IMG/VR virus record: IMGVR_UViG_3300010158_000053
Span: 1-64,000 of that record
Source of the DNA: an uncultured virus (IMG/VR IMGVR_UViG_3300010158_000053)
Lineage: Duplodnaviria > Heunggongvirae > Uroviricota > Caudoviricetes
Length of the DNA stretch: 64,000 nt
Strand: one strand, 5' to 3'
The position numbers and the translations under genes are program-made. Below the pieces are notes generated by a model, which was given only the letters and a program-made list of their open reading frames with translations, had not been told where the DNA came from and did no database searches. Positions 39,324 through 48,833 of this stretch are shown here, one piece after another. Numbering within the stretch: position 1 is the first letter of the stretch; each line of letters begins with the position of its first letter.

Positions 39324-40531
39324 TTGTACACCTTCAACAGTACAATGTCTTCAGACATACGACCATTCATAACAGTTTCCATTGCTTTGATCTTACCAAA
39401 CCAAGTGTCAACTCTGCGTTGAGTGTTCTGCTCTTTGAACTCTTTAATCTGTTCAGCAGGCTTACGCAAAGTCTTTTGCATACTCTTTTCGGTAAACTCT
39501 GTAATGGTAGTACCCTTAACACTCAATCCTGCGCTAGTTTTAGCAACATAAATGCCTAACTTACGAGTCTTAGTATTGAACACTACTGCACTTTGAGCAC
39601 CAATCAAACCCACTACTGGGACGCTAACAATGCCCAACTTGTCGTCAACTGTTTTAAACTTGACCTTAGCAACCAACTTGTCTGCTGGCACAATCTTCTT
39701 AGCACGTGGCTTCTTCATCACTTTGGCTTCTGCGGCAATCTGCTCGCAAGCCTGTGCAATGCTTTCGTAAAACTCAATCAATTTTTTAACGTTCTTACGA
39801 CTGACGTGCTTGTAGCCTTCACGCAATTGATCGTCAGCATTGCCACTAGCCAGTTCCTGCAACTCCGACAAACCACGAGCAAAGAAACTCTTGATATAGC
39901 GAGCCTGTGCAGCCTTGGCACCCTTGCCACGCAAAAGGCTAACAATTTTGATATCTTTAGGATCAAATGCTTCGGGATCTGTAATCCAACTGTCAATTGC
40001 CGCATCAAGTTCGTCGCTCATAGTAACTGCTTGATCACGGATGCGGTCTTGGATAGTAACAGTTGGAACAACTGCCTTAACAGTTTTGTCCACTACCACT
40101 TCTTCAATATCGTATTTGCCTTGTTCTACAGCCTTTGCAATTTCACCTTTAAGCCAATCTGCAGAATCAGCATTGTTGTTCCAACCTTGCTTAACAGTGG
40201 GCATACCTTTGAGCAAACAGGCAGCAATAGCACCCATTGTCAAATTACAACGCCAGTCTTTAGTTTTCTTAAATTCTTGGATTTGTTCGCGGCTGTAATC
40301 ATTACGGCCCATCCAGTCAATGACCTTAGGTTTAAGGTCCTTTGCGGAACTTTCCAATCTGTAATACTTCATTGCTTCACGAAAGTGAGCAGCAAATTCA
40401 GTTGGGCTCATATCAACAGCACCATCCCATTTGGGACTGTAATCACGTTTAGCATTTTCGCGAATGCTAACACTTGTAATCTTTTCTTTCTTTGCTTTGG
40501 GCTTAATCTTAATGCCTGCTACAACTGCCAT
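39320..40531 (-). CDS. Large Lys-rich hypothetical early protein
   Basis: 403 aa, AGGAG RBS, sigma70 promoter upstream. Confidence 0.8.
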   Translation of the reverse strand: MAVVAGIKIKPKAKKEKITSVSIRENAKRDYSPKWDGAVDMSPTEFAAHFREAMKYYRLESSAKDLKPKVIDWMGRNDYSREQIQEFKKTKDWRCNLTMGAIAACLLKGMPTVKQGWNNNADSADWLKGEIAKAVEQGKYDIEEVVVDKTVKAVVPTVTIQDRIRDQAVTMSDELDAAIDSWITDPEAFDPKDIKIVSLLRGKGAKAAQARYIKSFFARGLSELQELASGNADDQLREGYKHVSRKNVKKLIEFYESIAQACEQIAAEAKVMKKPRAKKIVPADKLVAKVKFKTVDDKLGIVSVPVVGLIGAQSAVVFNTKTRKLGIYVAKTSAGLSVKGTTITEFTEKSMQKTLRKPAEQIKEFKEQNTQRRVDTWFGKIKAMETVMNGRMSEDIVLLKVYK

Positions 40532-40560
40532 GGAAAACTCCTAATTTGTGCAATGTAGTT

Positions 40561-40589
40561 ATTATAATGTCTGACTAAAGGAAAGTCAA
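40561..40589 (-). promoter_or_regulatory. sigma70-type promoter
   Basis: TTGACT-N17-TATAAT. Confidence 0.75.
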
Positions 40590-40620
40590 GTGAAGTTTTG
40601 ATATTTCTATCAAAAATTGG

Positions 40621-40640
40621 TGTGGATAACCTGTGGATAA
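40621..40640 (-). promoter_or_regulatory. Two tandem perfect DnaA boxes
   Basis: TTATCCACA at 40621-40629 and 40632-40640. Confidence 0.6.
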
Positions 40641-40738
40641 CTTCTAGCCCCTATAAGCCCCTACAGCAGATATTGTAGTTATGTGGTGCTTTAACTAAAT
40701 TACGCCTGCTGTAGGGGCTATAAATGCCCCGTAGGGCA

Positions 40739-41311
40739 TTATTCTTCGTCCCACTCCACTGCAATCCAGCCTAGTTTTTTCAAATCTTCCCGGATTTCGT
40801 CAGTAACAAAACCTTCGCCCACAAACTTGTTTACCAATTCTTGGTGGGCAAGTTGTTCAGGAGTAAATGCCGCCAGTTCTTCTGGAGTGAGGTTTTCACC
40901 TCGAATGCCGCTACAGTACCAATTAATGTAGTCACCACATTCACGCATATCGGCAACAATACCGCCACTGCGACGCCAACTGCAACTCCAGCGTTGGTTC
41001 TTTAGAATTGGCATTGTATCCAATTTGATAAACTGCATATTGCACATTGCCGCATATAAGTTTTGGGCATAAGATTCTGATTCTTTTGCCTTATCACAAA
41101 TCCATTTGGTACTACGGAGATCATACTCCATATTATCTTTTTGCCATTTAGGATCTACAAGATTTTCTTCATCCTGTTCACGCCAAGTTTTATACATATT
41201 AACATAGTCGGGATTGGGTAATTTTCCTGCTTCCTCACAACGTTTTACATACCCCTCCATTTGAAAAGTATGACGCTCGGGACTGCTATTTATTTTGGAA
41301 TCGGTACTCAC
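40739..41311 (-). CDS. Hypothetical protein
   Basis: 190 aa; YAQNLYAAMCN...WSCSWR..GGIVA. Confidence 0.75.
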   Translation of the reverse strand: MSTDSKINSSPERHTFQMEGYVKRCEEAGKLPNPDYVNMYKTWREQDEENLVDPKWQKDNMEYDLRSTKWICDKAKESESYAQNLYAAMCNMQFIKLDTMPILKNQRWSCSWRRSGGIVADMRECGDYINWYCSGIRGENLTPEELAAFTPEQLAHQELVNKFVGEGFVTDEIREDLKKLGWIAVEWDEE

Positions 41312-41435
41312 GCTTTAACCACCATTTGTATTTTTGAAAATATTCGATAGAGTCATAGGTTAACTTTTGCCCATAACTTTCTAACTCATCAATATGCTCA
41401 TACCATTTAGACTGGCACCAAGATCTAAAAGTCAT
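41286..41435 (-). CDS. Small hypothetical protein (49 aa)
   Basis: MTFRSWCQSKWYEH...; ATGA overlap. Confidence 0.55.
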   Translation of the reverse strand: MTFRSWCQSKWYEHIDELESYGQKLTYDSIEYFQKYKWWLKREYRFQNK

Positions 41436-41671
41436 TGTAAATTTCTCGGTGTTTCAATATTGGAGAAAGATTTCATTATCTTTTGAGCAAGTTCTGGATC
41501 TTCTTCAATCAAATCATCGATGTCAACTGATCGTGATTGATTTAAAATTTCGCCAGATGCGACCATACGAGTAATCTCTTCCATTAGTTCATCAAGTTCT
41601 TCCTGGGTGCCATCAAAATCATCAAAGCAGCCGGGTGCAAATTCTAATTTAAGTTTCTTTTCTTCAGTCAT
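41432..41671 (-). CDS. Acidic hypothetical protein
   Basis: 79 aa. Confidence 0.7.
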   Translation of the reverse strand: MTEEKKLKLEFAPGCFDDFDGTQEELDELMEEITRMVASGEILNQSRSVDIDDLIEEDPELAQKIMKSFSNIETPRNLQ

Positions 41672-41684
41672 TTACTTCTTTCAA

Positions 41685-42530
41685 TTAAGTCCATAGTGCA
41701 TCGCGCACTTTAATCAAACGAATCATCATTTGCTCATCTTCTTTTTCGTAAGCCGCTTCAATCTTTCTTAGTTCCTTATGTGCCTGTGTTCCGGCCTTTT
41801 TAAGTGCAGGACTCTTATCGCCACTAAAATTTAATTTGCCACCATTTGCCAAGCGGCTAAGCTCACAGTAGGCAGTCCAACCACTAGCATCGTATGGGTC
41901 TGGGCGATTGCGGTAAGTTTCAGTCCACCATACATATAGTTCTTTAAGTTCTTTGGCACGTAATGCTTGACCAGTTGGGCGTCCGTAGTTTTTGTCACCT
42001 TCTTCTACACCCATATCGTTGCCAAGTGTAAGTGTCATTGCCCAGTCAAGATGATCTAATCCTGCTTGTGGACAACGCCAAGTGCGCCAACGCCACCAAC
42101 CCGTTGCCCAGAAGGGAGGGTTGTATTTGGCACGGTCTTCTTTGCTGCCCCAGGCAATATGACTCCACGCTGATTCTATTTCAATAAAATCAACCAACTC
42201 ATTGAATAAGCAAGGCAAAAAGCGGTTCCCCACGTCTTGCCACTGGCCAGGTTTAATATCCCGGGGATGAGCGGTAAGACTATGAGTACGGCTAACCCAA
42301 CGGTTGTTAATGTAATATTTTGCATCGTAAATCTTTCTAACAGGCCACGTTACAAAGTCTTGCAAATGGCTAAGCCCTTCTTCGGCCAACCAGTAGCGGA
42401 AGTTATGTTTCATTTGGGCAGTGGTAGTCCACTCGTCCCACTGCTCGCTGGTACCCATACTGAGTTTTTTAGTGCCGCGTACCCAGTCTGCAAAGGGAGT
42501 ACAACTCCAATAATTTGAATGATGTGCCAT
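41685..42530 (-). CDS. Trp-rich hypothetical protein
   Basis: 281 aa; promoter TTGACA-N17-TACAAT at 42558-42586. Confidence 0.75.
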   Translation of the reverse strand: MAHHSNYWSCTPFADWVRGTKKLSMGTSEQWDEWTTTAQMKHNFRYWLAEEGLSHLQDFVTWPVRKIYDAKYYINNRWVSRTHSLTAHPRDIKPGQWQDVGNRFLPCLFNELVDFIEIESAWSHIAWGSKEDRAKYNPPFWATGWWRWRTWRCPQAGLDHLDWAMTLTLGNDMGVEEGDKNYGRPTGQALRAKELKELYVWWTETYRNRPDPYDASGWTAYCELSRLANGGKLNFSGDKSPALKKAGTQAHKELRKIEAAYEKEDEQMMIRLIKVRDALWT

Positions 42531-42586
42531 AATGTAAAAATCCTGTTTATGTATTTAATTGTACGCTAAACAGGATTGTGTGTCAA

Positions 42587-42950
42587 TTACTTTTTAAGGA
42601 ATTGCGATAGTTCAGGCGGTTGCCAACCAAGAGGTTTCAAAACCTTCCCATCTTCCCGTTTACGAACTTTGCCAGTTTCTTTATCAATCTTGTCAAAGTT
42701 AGTACGCATTACTTCTTTCCAAGCACCTTCAGCATCAAAGCCTGCACTATGTATTGCTCCAATAGTAACAACCAAAATGTCGATGAGTGCGTCTAATACT
42801 TCAATATCATCGTTGTCCCAATGCTTGCTTCAGTTCTTTATGTTCTTCTTCAATAAGAGCACAGTACATATCAAACTGCGATCCTGGAGGACCGTCTACT
42901 GTTTGGTCGCAAGCCCGCATAAACTTTTCTTGATCTCTAAACGGATTCAT
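42587..42950 (-). pseudogene. MazG-like/PRA-PH nucleotide pyrophosphohydrolase split by a frameshift near 42818
   Basis: Frame A MNPFRDQEKF...LIEEEHKELKQAL; frame B DNDDIEVLDALIDILVVT...EVMRTNFDK...DGKVLKP; total length 3n+1. Confidence 0.7.
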
Positions 42951-42951
42951 A

Positions 42952-43137
42952 TTACTCTACTACCTTTAATTGTTTTTCGTTATAGATGTGCAATGCACCT
43001 GCAATTTCAGCAACAGTACATTCGACTACTACTCTGCGTTCGTTTGATAATGTATCAAACACTGATACAACAACACCTGGCCATTTGTATCCGCTAACTT
43101 TTTCTACCTTGTCGCCCACTTTTAATTGTGTTTCCAT
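42952..43137 (-). CDS. Small SH3/KOW-like protein
   Basis: LKVGDKVEKVSGYKWPGVVV. Confidence 0.6.
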   Translation of the reverse strand: METQLKVGDKVEKVSGYKWPGVVVSVFDTLSNERRVVVECTVAEIAGALHIYNEKQLKVVE

Positions 43138-43139
43138 TT

Positions 43140-43370
43140 TTATCTTCCTGTTGTTGATCTACTAATTGTTGGTCCTGTGGTATTGAAATCAATACCGGCC
43201 ATTTTTCCTTCGTATAGTTTACCATTCCAAATCATATTCAATTTAACTGATTTGTTCAAGACAACTATTAAGTTTTTCTTTTCTTTGAATTCCAGCACTT
43301 CAGCCTCCACTGACTTACTGCTGTTATCCTGCTTGACTACACACTTGTCACCGTAACGAACAACTTCCAT
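43140..43370 (-). CDS. Hypothetical protein
   Basis: 76 aa. Confidence 0.65.
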   Translation of the reverse strand: MEVVRYGDKCVVKQDNSSKSVEAEVLEFKEKKNLIVVLNKSVKLNMIWNGKLYEGKMAGIDFNTTGPTISRSTTGR

Positions 43371-43379
43371 TTGACACCT

Positions 43380-44348
43380 TTATTTTAAAAAGACATTGTT
43401 AAATTGCTGCATAACTATCTCGGGTTTGAATTGTTCTACCCGTTTAGTCCAATCCTCTGATTTAGCTAGTTCTTCAATACGAGTTAGTTTATTAAGTATT
43501 GTGTTTTCATTATACAGTAGTCCTGAATTTTCTAAAACTTTTGTATGATGCAAATCATTTCCGCCTTCCCAAGACAACACAGGTTTATTAAGACTCAGTG
43601 CTTCAACAACAGAAAGACCAAAACTTTCGCCATCTATTCGAGCGTGTATCATTGCATCCCAAGTATCGATTACATTAGCTTTATCTTGTAAATCTTGAAT
43701 CTCATTAAAGAATCTAACATTAGGATGGTCAATCCAAGGTTCAGTTCCAACAAATAAAAATACAAACTTATCAGTAGCATTTACTAGATCAGCAATGGCT
43801 TTTTTAACAAATGGTAAATCAAAAGTATTTTTTCCGCCATGCCTTCCAAAAATAAATTGGTCAGGTCTAATACCTAATTGTTCACGATAGTTGTCGTTTG
43901 GTTCTGGCAAGTCTACAATATGCGGTACCCAAGGCAGTGATGCAACGCCTGACCGTTGTGTCATGGTTTTGGCCAACCATTCGGATACATACGCATATTT
44001 GTCTCCGTGCGGTTCGTAATTTTGAAATACAGAGTGTACTCCAGTTTTACAATTATTAGGCAAAAACTCAATGTTTCCACTTCTTAAAAAATAAGAAAAA
44101 TCAACTGCTTCTTTTTCAATTATACGTTGCAAATCTTCAACACCCTGATGTCCAATAATTTGGAACTCTGATTCTAATCGCTCACGAACACCGAGATCAG
44201 TTCCTAAATATCCATCAGGACGTTGTGTAGCATCATAACAAATAATACTTTCATTTCCTAATATTTCTTGATTATATCGAGCGTATGCAACAGTTGCTAC
44301 TGTGGTGCCACGAGTATCAAGTTGGTTGTTATGAAATAAAACTTTCAT
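43380..44348 (-). CDS. GT-B (GT4-like) glycosyltransferase
   Basis: RGTTVA, GRHGG, GESFGLSVVEA motif. Confidence 0.75.
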   Translation of the reverse strand: MKVLFHNNQLDTRGTTVATVAYARYNQEILGNESIICYDATQRPDGYLGTDLGVRERLESEFQIIGHQGVEDLQRIIEKEAVDFSYFLRSGNIEFLPNNCKTGVHSVFQNYEPHGDKYAYVSEWLAKTMTQRSGVASLPWVPHIVDLPEPNDNYREQLGIRPDQFIFGRHGGKNTFDLPFVKKAIADLVNATDKFVFLFVGTEPWIDHPNVRFFNEIQDLQDKANVIDTWDAMIHARIDGESFGLSVVEALSLNKPVLSWEGGNDLHHTKVLENSGLLYNENTILNKLTRIEELAKSEDWTKRVEQFKPEIVMQQFNNVFLK

Positions 44349-44641
44349 TTAACTTGTCCCCATTTTAGATAAAACTCACTTAACTTTTTCTTTTCTAATT
44401 CTGCTACAATAGCATACTGATAACCGTATGTCAAATGATCCACGTTCCTATGCCATTCGGGTTTATCAATAGCGTGTTGCATGACAAACTGACCCTGTTC
44501 ACTCTTTTCCCATTTGTGCAAAGGTTCGGCAGCATACAGATCTGGATCTTCTACATCACTTAATCGAAAACGATGGACGACAACTTTATGAATTTCTTTC
44601 ACATTATGGTTGTCATCAACTGTATACCTTACTGATCCCAT
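44345..44641 (-). CDS. Hypothetical protein
   Basis: 98 aa; DVEDPDLYAAEP. Confidence 0.7.
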   Translation of the reverse strand: MGSVRYTVDDNHNVKEIHKVVVHRFRLSDVEDPDLYAAEPLHKWEKSEQGQFVMQHAIDKPEWHRNVDHLTYGYQYAIVAELEKKKLSEFYLKWGQVK

Positions 44642-44925
44642 GACAAATGAAACAATGTTATAAACTTTTCAGCATCTTTACTATGTTTAAAATCCCATAT
44701 ATCAAAACTCATTCGATTAACATCAGGCCAACTCTTTAATTTTTCAGCAGCCCACTCAACTATGTCATTAAGTTTAGTAGTAGTCCAAGTGGTATCATCA
44801 TCGGACTCTTCTACAAATTGTAAACGATAACCCGTGGCACGTTGGTGTAGTGTAGGTTTAATCACCGATTCCCTGTATGTCCAACTTCGAACTACTTTAT
44901 CTAAATCGTCAAAGGCTGCAATCAA
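44629..44925 (-). CDS. Hypothetical protein
   Basis: 98 aa. Confidence 0.65.
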   Translation of the reverse strand: MIAAFDDLDKVVRSWTYRESVIKPTLHQRATGYRLQFVEESDDDTTWTTTKLNDIVEWAAEKLKSWPDVNRMSFDIWDFKHSKDAEKFITLFHLSWDQ

Positions 44926-45374
44926 AGTTTCTTCTTCCGTGGATAATGTCTGCGCTTGGGTTTATCCATTACCAACGGAGTGTGTTCAGTACTTTGTTTT
45001 GATTTTTCAAGAGCGGCGTGAATGTCATCGTCACTAATTCCATCGTCTTCCGCATCTGTGTCAAGTACGGGATCGTCATCAAATACAAAACCCACAGTAC
45101 TAGCAAATTTGATAGTGGACTCAATGCTGCCAATATTTCTCAAAGAGCCAACTGGACCAAGTTCATCTTGACTAATATTATGCCAAGTTCTAATTTCCAA
45201 TAGAGGTTCGATATGCGAGGGAATTTCGATAACATAGTGATTGCCAACTGTATAACCAGCATCAGTTAAATCCACGACTTTGATTACGCGGCCTTTACTA
45301 GGTTTTAAATTGCTTCTATTGATACCGTATATCCAAACGTTATCGCCCACTTTGTAGGATTTTTTAACTGTCAT
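44922..45374 (-). CDS. Hypothetical protein
   Basis: 150 aa. Confidence 0.7.
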   Translation of the reverse strand: MTVKKSYKVGDNVWIYGINRSNLKPSKGRVIKVVDLTDAGYTVGNHYVIEIPSHIEPLLEIRTWHNISQDELGPVGSLRNIGSIESTIKFASTVGFVFDDDPVLDTDAEDDGISDDDIHAALEKSKQSTEHTPLVMDKPKRRHYPRKKKL

Positions 45375-45377
45375 ATT

Positions 45378-45551
45378 TTAATCGGCCTCTGATACAGAGA
45401 CCTTACCTTTGTTTTCAAGAAGGTCTTTGACAAATTTGATAGCTTTGCTATCTCGGTCATAGACATATTCTTGATCTTCGTCCTCGTCAGTTCGAAGAGT
45501 GACGATTACGCCATTCTTCACTTTACGAATCTCTATGCTTTCGAACAACAT
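45378..45551 (-). CDS. Small hypothetical protein
   Basis: Start MLFES with AAGGG RBS. Confidence 0.6.
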   Translation of the reverse strand: MLFESIEIRKVKNGVIVTLRTDEDEDQEYVYDRDSKAIKFVKDLLENKGKVSVSEAD

Positions 45552-45567
45552 TATGTGTCCCTTTCGT

Positions 45568-46290
45568 TTATTTTGGAACTGATAAATTGTAGTTAAAGTG
45601 GAAAATACCAATGTGTGCTACTTCTCTGCTCAGCTCTTGATCGCACCAAATTTCATATCCTGCCTTTTGTGCCTGTTGGCAGAAGAATATGTCCTCACCA
45701 ATTTCAAGATTAAGTGCTGGCACATATTCTTGTAGATAATGCGGTTGAGGAATCTTTTCGTAAACTTCACGTTTGCACATTACTAGTCCGTGGGGTAATA
45801 CATCAATCAGTTCCATTGCAGGACTGTTGTCAGTTGTTTGAAATTCTGTGAACTGACCACTTGATCCCATCATACCTGTAAAGTTAGGATTGGGGAAACG
45901 ACGACGACGATAGTTAGCACCAACGATTGGCTTGTTACGAGCCAACAAACGCATAGGCGCATCAATGGGGAATTTCATATCACTGTCTACCCAGAAAATA
46001 TGGTCAAAGTCACTCTTTAAAAAGATATCAACTAAGTTACGACGGGCAATGGTAATAACTGAGCCAATGTTAAATGCACAATTGATTTTAATACCATTAG
46101 CAACCATATTGGCTGCGGCCATTGCTAGATGTTGCGCAAATTCAGCATTGACCATTTCCATTGCTGGAACTGCAATCATAACACTTGGCGGTTTACCTCC
46201 TGGTTGTTTTGCAGTCATAGGCGTCAACGGTGAGGTGGTTTTTGGAACCATCGACGGCCGTTGGGGAATATTAAGTTTTGTTTTTTTCAT
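45568..46290 (-). CDS. GT-A (GT2-like) glycosyltransferase
   Basis: ARRNLV, WVDSDM (DxD), GEDIFFC, HIG. Confidence 0.72.
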   Translation of the reverse strand: MKKTKLNIPQRPSMVPKTTSPLTPMTAKQPGGKPPSVMIAVPAMEMVNAEFAQHLAMAAANMVANGIKINCAFNIGSVITIARRNLVDIFLKSDFDHIFWVDSDMKFPIDAPMRLLARNKPIVGANYRRRRFPNPNFTGMMGSSGQFTEFQTTDNSPAMELIDVLPHGLVMCKREVYEKIPQPHYLQEYVPALNLEIGEDIFFCQQAQKAGYEIWCDQELSREVAHIGIFHFNYNLSVPK

Positions 46291-46300
46291 GTTTTACCTT

Positions 46301-46495
46301 TTAATTGTCCAAATCCATTGCAAGTGCTTCTTTAATCACTGCAAATAGTTCTTCCTCAGTACTGCAAAGGACTTTACAGTTCTTCCAATCATTTTCACTA
46401 TCGCGGCCGCCGACTTCAATCATAAAGCCATTGTCGTAACGATTGACAGTAAATGATTCATTTACCTTAGTTAGTTTACCTAGTTGTTTTGCCAT
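46301..46495 (-). CDS. Hypothetical protein
   Basis: 64 aa. Confidence 0.7.
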   Translation of the reverse strand: MAKQLGKLTKVNESFTVNRYDNGFMIEVGGRDSENDWKNCKVLCSTEEELFAVIKEALAMDLDN

Positions 46496-46510
46496 TTTAA
46501 TTTCCTTGTG

Positions 46511-47230
46511 TTATCGTGGTGCAAACTCTTGTTGTAGTTTGATATTATCAAAAAACTCTTTTTTAGTGCCTTGGTCATTTTTAAATGCACCTTTGAGCAC
46601 TGTTGTCTGTGTTAAACTAGAATGTGCCATAATTCCTCTATTCTCACAGCAGCCATGAGTAGCCTGTATGTAGACTGCTACGTCTTCACTGTCAGTTGCT
46701 TGTGAGATTTCTTTAGCAATGTCATTACATAGTTCTTCTTGGAGGGTGCCTCTTCGGGCACACCATTGGGCGATTCTTGTGTATTTGGACAATCCAATGA
46801 GTTTCTGGGCGGCGAGTATTCCGATGTAGGCCACACCAGTAACAGGCTGATGATGGTGACTGCACATACTACGAAGCTCACTCCTAACCACCAACATACC
46901 TTCATAGCGATCTTCGCTGTCGTTAGGAAATGCTGTACAATCTGGTCCTGATTCATATCGTCCTGCCATTATTTCGTTATAGTACATTTTAGCAAGACGC
47001 TTCGCAGTACCACGCGAGTTAGGATCGTTTTCTCGATCAATTAACAATGTATCTAATACTTGTTCAAATGCTACTGTCGCTTCTTTGATCAGTTCATCTT
47101 TTTCAACATCGCTAACATATTCACTAATGTTATCACCTGCCCAGAAACGTTTATTATCACGTTTCATTCTTTCTCGGATAACCTGGGCAAGAGGTCTTCC
47201 GTCTTCTTTTCTATAATAGAGCTGGGTCAT
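46511..47230 (-). CDS. folE: GTP cyclohydrolase I
   Basis: SMCSHH, IGLSKY, LQEEL, HGCCENRG. Confidence 0.92.
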   Translation of the reverse strand: MTQLYYRKEDGRPLAQVIRERMKRDNKRFWAGDNISEYVSDVEKDELIKEATVAFEQVLDTLLIDRENDPNSRGTAKRLAKMYYNEIMAGRYESGPDCTAFPNDSEDRYEGMLVVRSELRSMCSHHHQPVTGVAYIGILAAQKLIGLSKYTRIAQWCARRGTLQEELCNDIAKEISQATDSEDVAVYIQATHGCCENRGIMAHSSLTQTTVLKGAFKNDQGTKKEFFDNIKLQQEFAPR

Positions 47231-47281
47231 ATATTATTCCTATAGTTTATAATATAGTATTATTTAGGTTTTGTCAAGCAA

Positions 47282-47518
47282 TTAAACATCATCTTTACTC
47301 AATCCCATAAACAGCAATTCACGTTCTGTAATATATGCAACTGGTTTTATCCAACCATGCCCAATGCATTCTTGTAATATATCTCGATAATTTTCTGGAC
47401 ATCGCTGACTTATTTCAAATCCTGCTCGGGGAGCAGTAATTAATCCGTCACTGATACGGAAATTCCTGTCACCTGGTTTAAGGCTTCGAATAGTGCTTCG
47501 TTTAGATATAAATGTCAT
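47282..47518 (-). CDS. Hypothetical protein
   Basis: 78 aa; promoter TTGACC-N17-TATAAT at 47525-47553. Confidence 0.65.
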   Translation of the reverse strand: MTFISKRSTIRSLKPGDRNFRISDGLITAPRAGFEISQRCPENYRDILQECIGHGWIKPVAYITERELLFMGLSKDDV

Positions 47519-47549
47519 AACACTATTATAGCATAGTGTTATTTAAAGG

Positions 47550-48266
47550 TCAATGACAGATCCAGTCGCGACTCTTGAAAGGCTTTCCCTCTATTGCTCG
47601 GGGAAGATAGCGTATTACTTTTTTCTTTACTCTTTTTATAATTTCGTGATTGTGGTCGTGCCCAAATGCTTTCAAATACATTTTCCAACTGCCGCCATTT
47701 TTTCTGCATTTGCTCAAATCCAAATCTAAATGTTTGATCACAAGTCTTTGATCACTTTTATACTTTTCCAAAAGTTCGCAAGCAATGTTAAATCCATATG
47801 CATCAATCTCATCCGTACAACCTAAATAGGCTTGTTCTTCACGCAGTTTAGTAGATGCCGCTGTACTAGCATAATTGGGCAAAGATTTAAATCCACGACG
47901 ACGATATTGTCTCATATGGATGATTTCGTGTAGTAGTGTGTCAGCAATGGTGCCACAAATACCTTTAAATCGTTTTTTGGTTATTTTGAAATCATCGTGA
48001 ATGGGATGATAGACAAATGTTATTTCTATACATTTCTTATCTTCTTCATCGTAGTCGCTATAATATGCGCCGCCCACAAATGTGATATGAGATTTAATTT
48101 TCTCATCCCAACTTATAGAAGTTTTAACGGGATATGTTCTTTTGAGATAGTTGGTAACTGTTTTGTGGAATTCGTAAGCCGAAATTGTCTTATCAGTAAT
48201 GCGTGGTGCAAGACTGTATAGCCCTTCTATAATTTTAGCACGTTCTAGGTTACTCCAATCAAACAT
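47550..48266 (-). CDS. Putative zincin-like metalloprotein
   Basis: TLLHEIIHMRQ and EIDAY. Confidence 0.55.
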   Translation of the reverse strand: MFDWSNLERAKIIEGLYSLAPRITDKTISAYEFHKTVTNYLKRTYPVKTSISWDEKIKSHITFVGGAYYSDYDEEDKKCIEITFVYHPIHDDFKITKKRFKGICGTIADTLLHEIIHMRQYRRRGFKSLPNYASTAASTKLREEQAYLGCTDEIDAYGFNIACELLEKYKSDQRLVIKHLDLDLSKCRKNGGSWKMYLKAFGHDHNHEIIKRVKKKVIRYLPRAIEGKPFKSRDWICH

Positions 48267-48333
48267 AGTCTCCCCTTTAACATTAGTATTTATTATAATA
48301 AACTATAAATGATTGTGATGTCAAATGGAGCGA

Positions 48334-48642
48334 CTAACTTTTCAATAGGAGTCTCTCAATTTCATCTGCTGCTTCTTCCAATAAATCAGCAATACGATCT
48401 GATTTTCCCTCTTCTACGCTTTTTCTGCCAGGAATTTGTCTACGAATTTCTGCCCGTTTTCTCAAACGAAACACTAGACTTTGTTCACTTACGGGCAAAT
48501 GACTTTCATCTTTAACCATAAGTTCCTCAAAACGATCAAATTCTTCGTGAAGTTCGGGTGTCTTTATCTTTACTGGACCGCACACGTGAGCCCAGTCGCC
48601 AGTGCCATTATCACTGTATCCACATTTTTCACACTTAATCAT
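48334..48642 (-). CDS. Hypothetical protein
   Basis: 102 aa; RLRKRAEIRRQI..ADLLEEAADEI. Confidence 0.65.
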   Translation of the reverse strand: MIKCEKCGYSDNGTGDWAHVCGPVKIKTPELHEEFDRFEELMVKDESHLPVSEQSLVFRLRKRAEIRRQIPGRKSVEEGKSDRIADLLEEAADEIERLLLKS

Positions 48643-48833
48643 TTCGTTTTCTCATCATAACAGGCGAAACACACTGCATCATACTTTGGTCCCATACAGG
48701 GATAGATAGCACCACGGCAATACTTACAAAGTATAAATGCTTGTGTAACTATATACCCTCGTGGTGGAGCATACAAGGGTTCAAATACTTGTTCACGCTC
48801 TGTATAGCCAATTAGTTCCGGTTCTTCACTCAT
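48639..48833 (-). CDS. Small Cys-rich protein
   Basis: CKYC...CFAC. Confidence 0.55.
   Translation of the reverse strand: MSEEPELIGYTEREQVFEPLYAPPRGYIVTQAFILCKYCRGAIYPCMGPKYDAVCFACYDEKTK

Noticed and set aside
39593..40558. Long plus-strand ORF (321 aa) and the many other antisense ORFs
   Set aside because: They mirror minus-strand genes and have no recognisable motifs or RBS.
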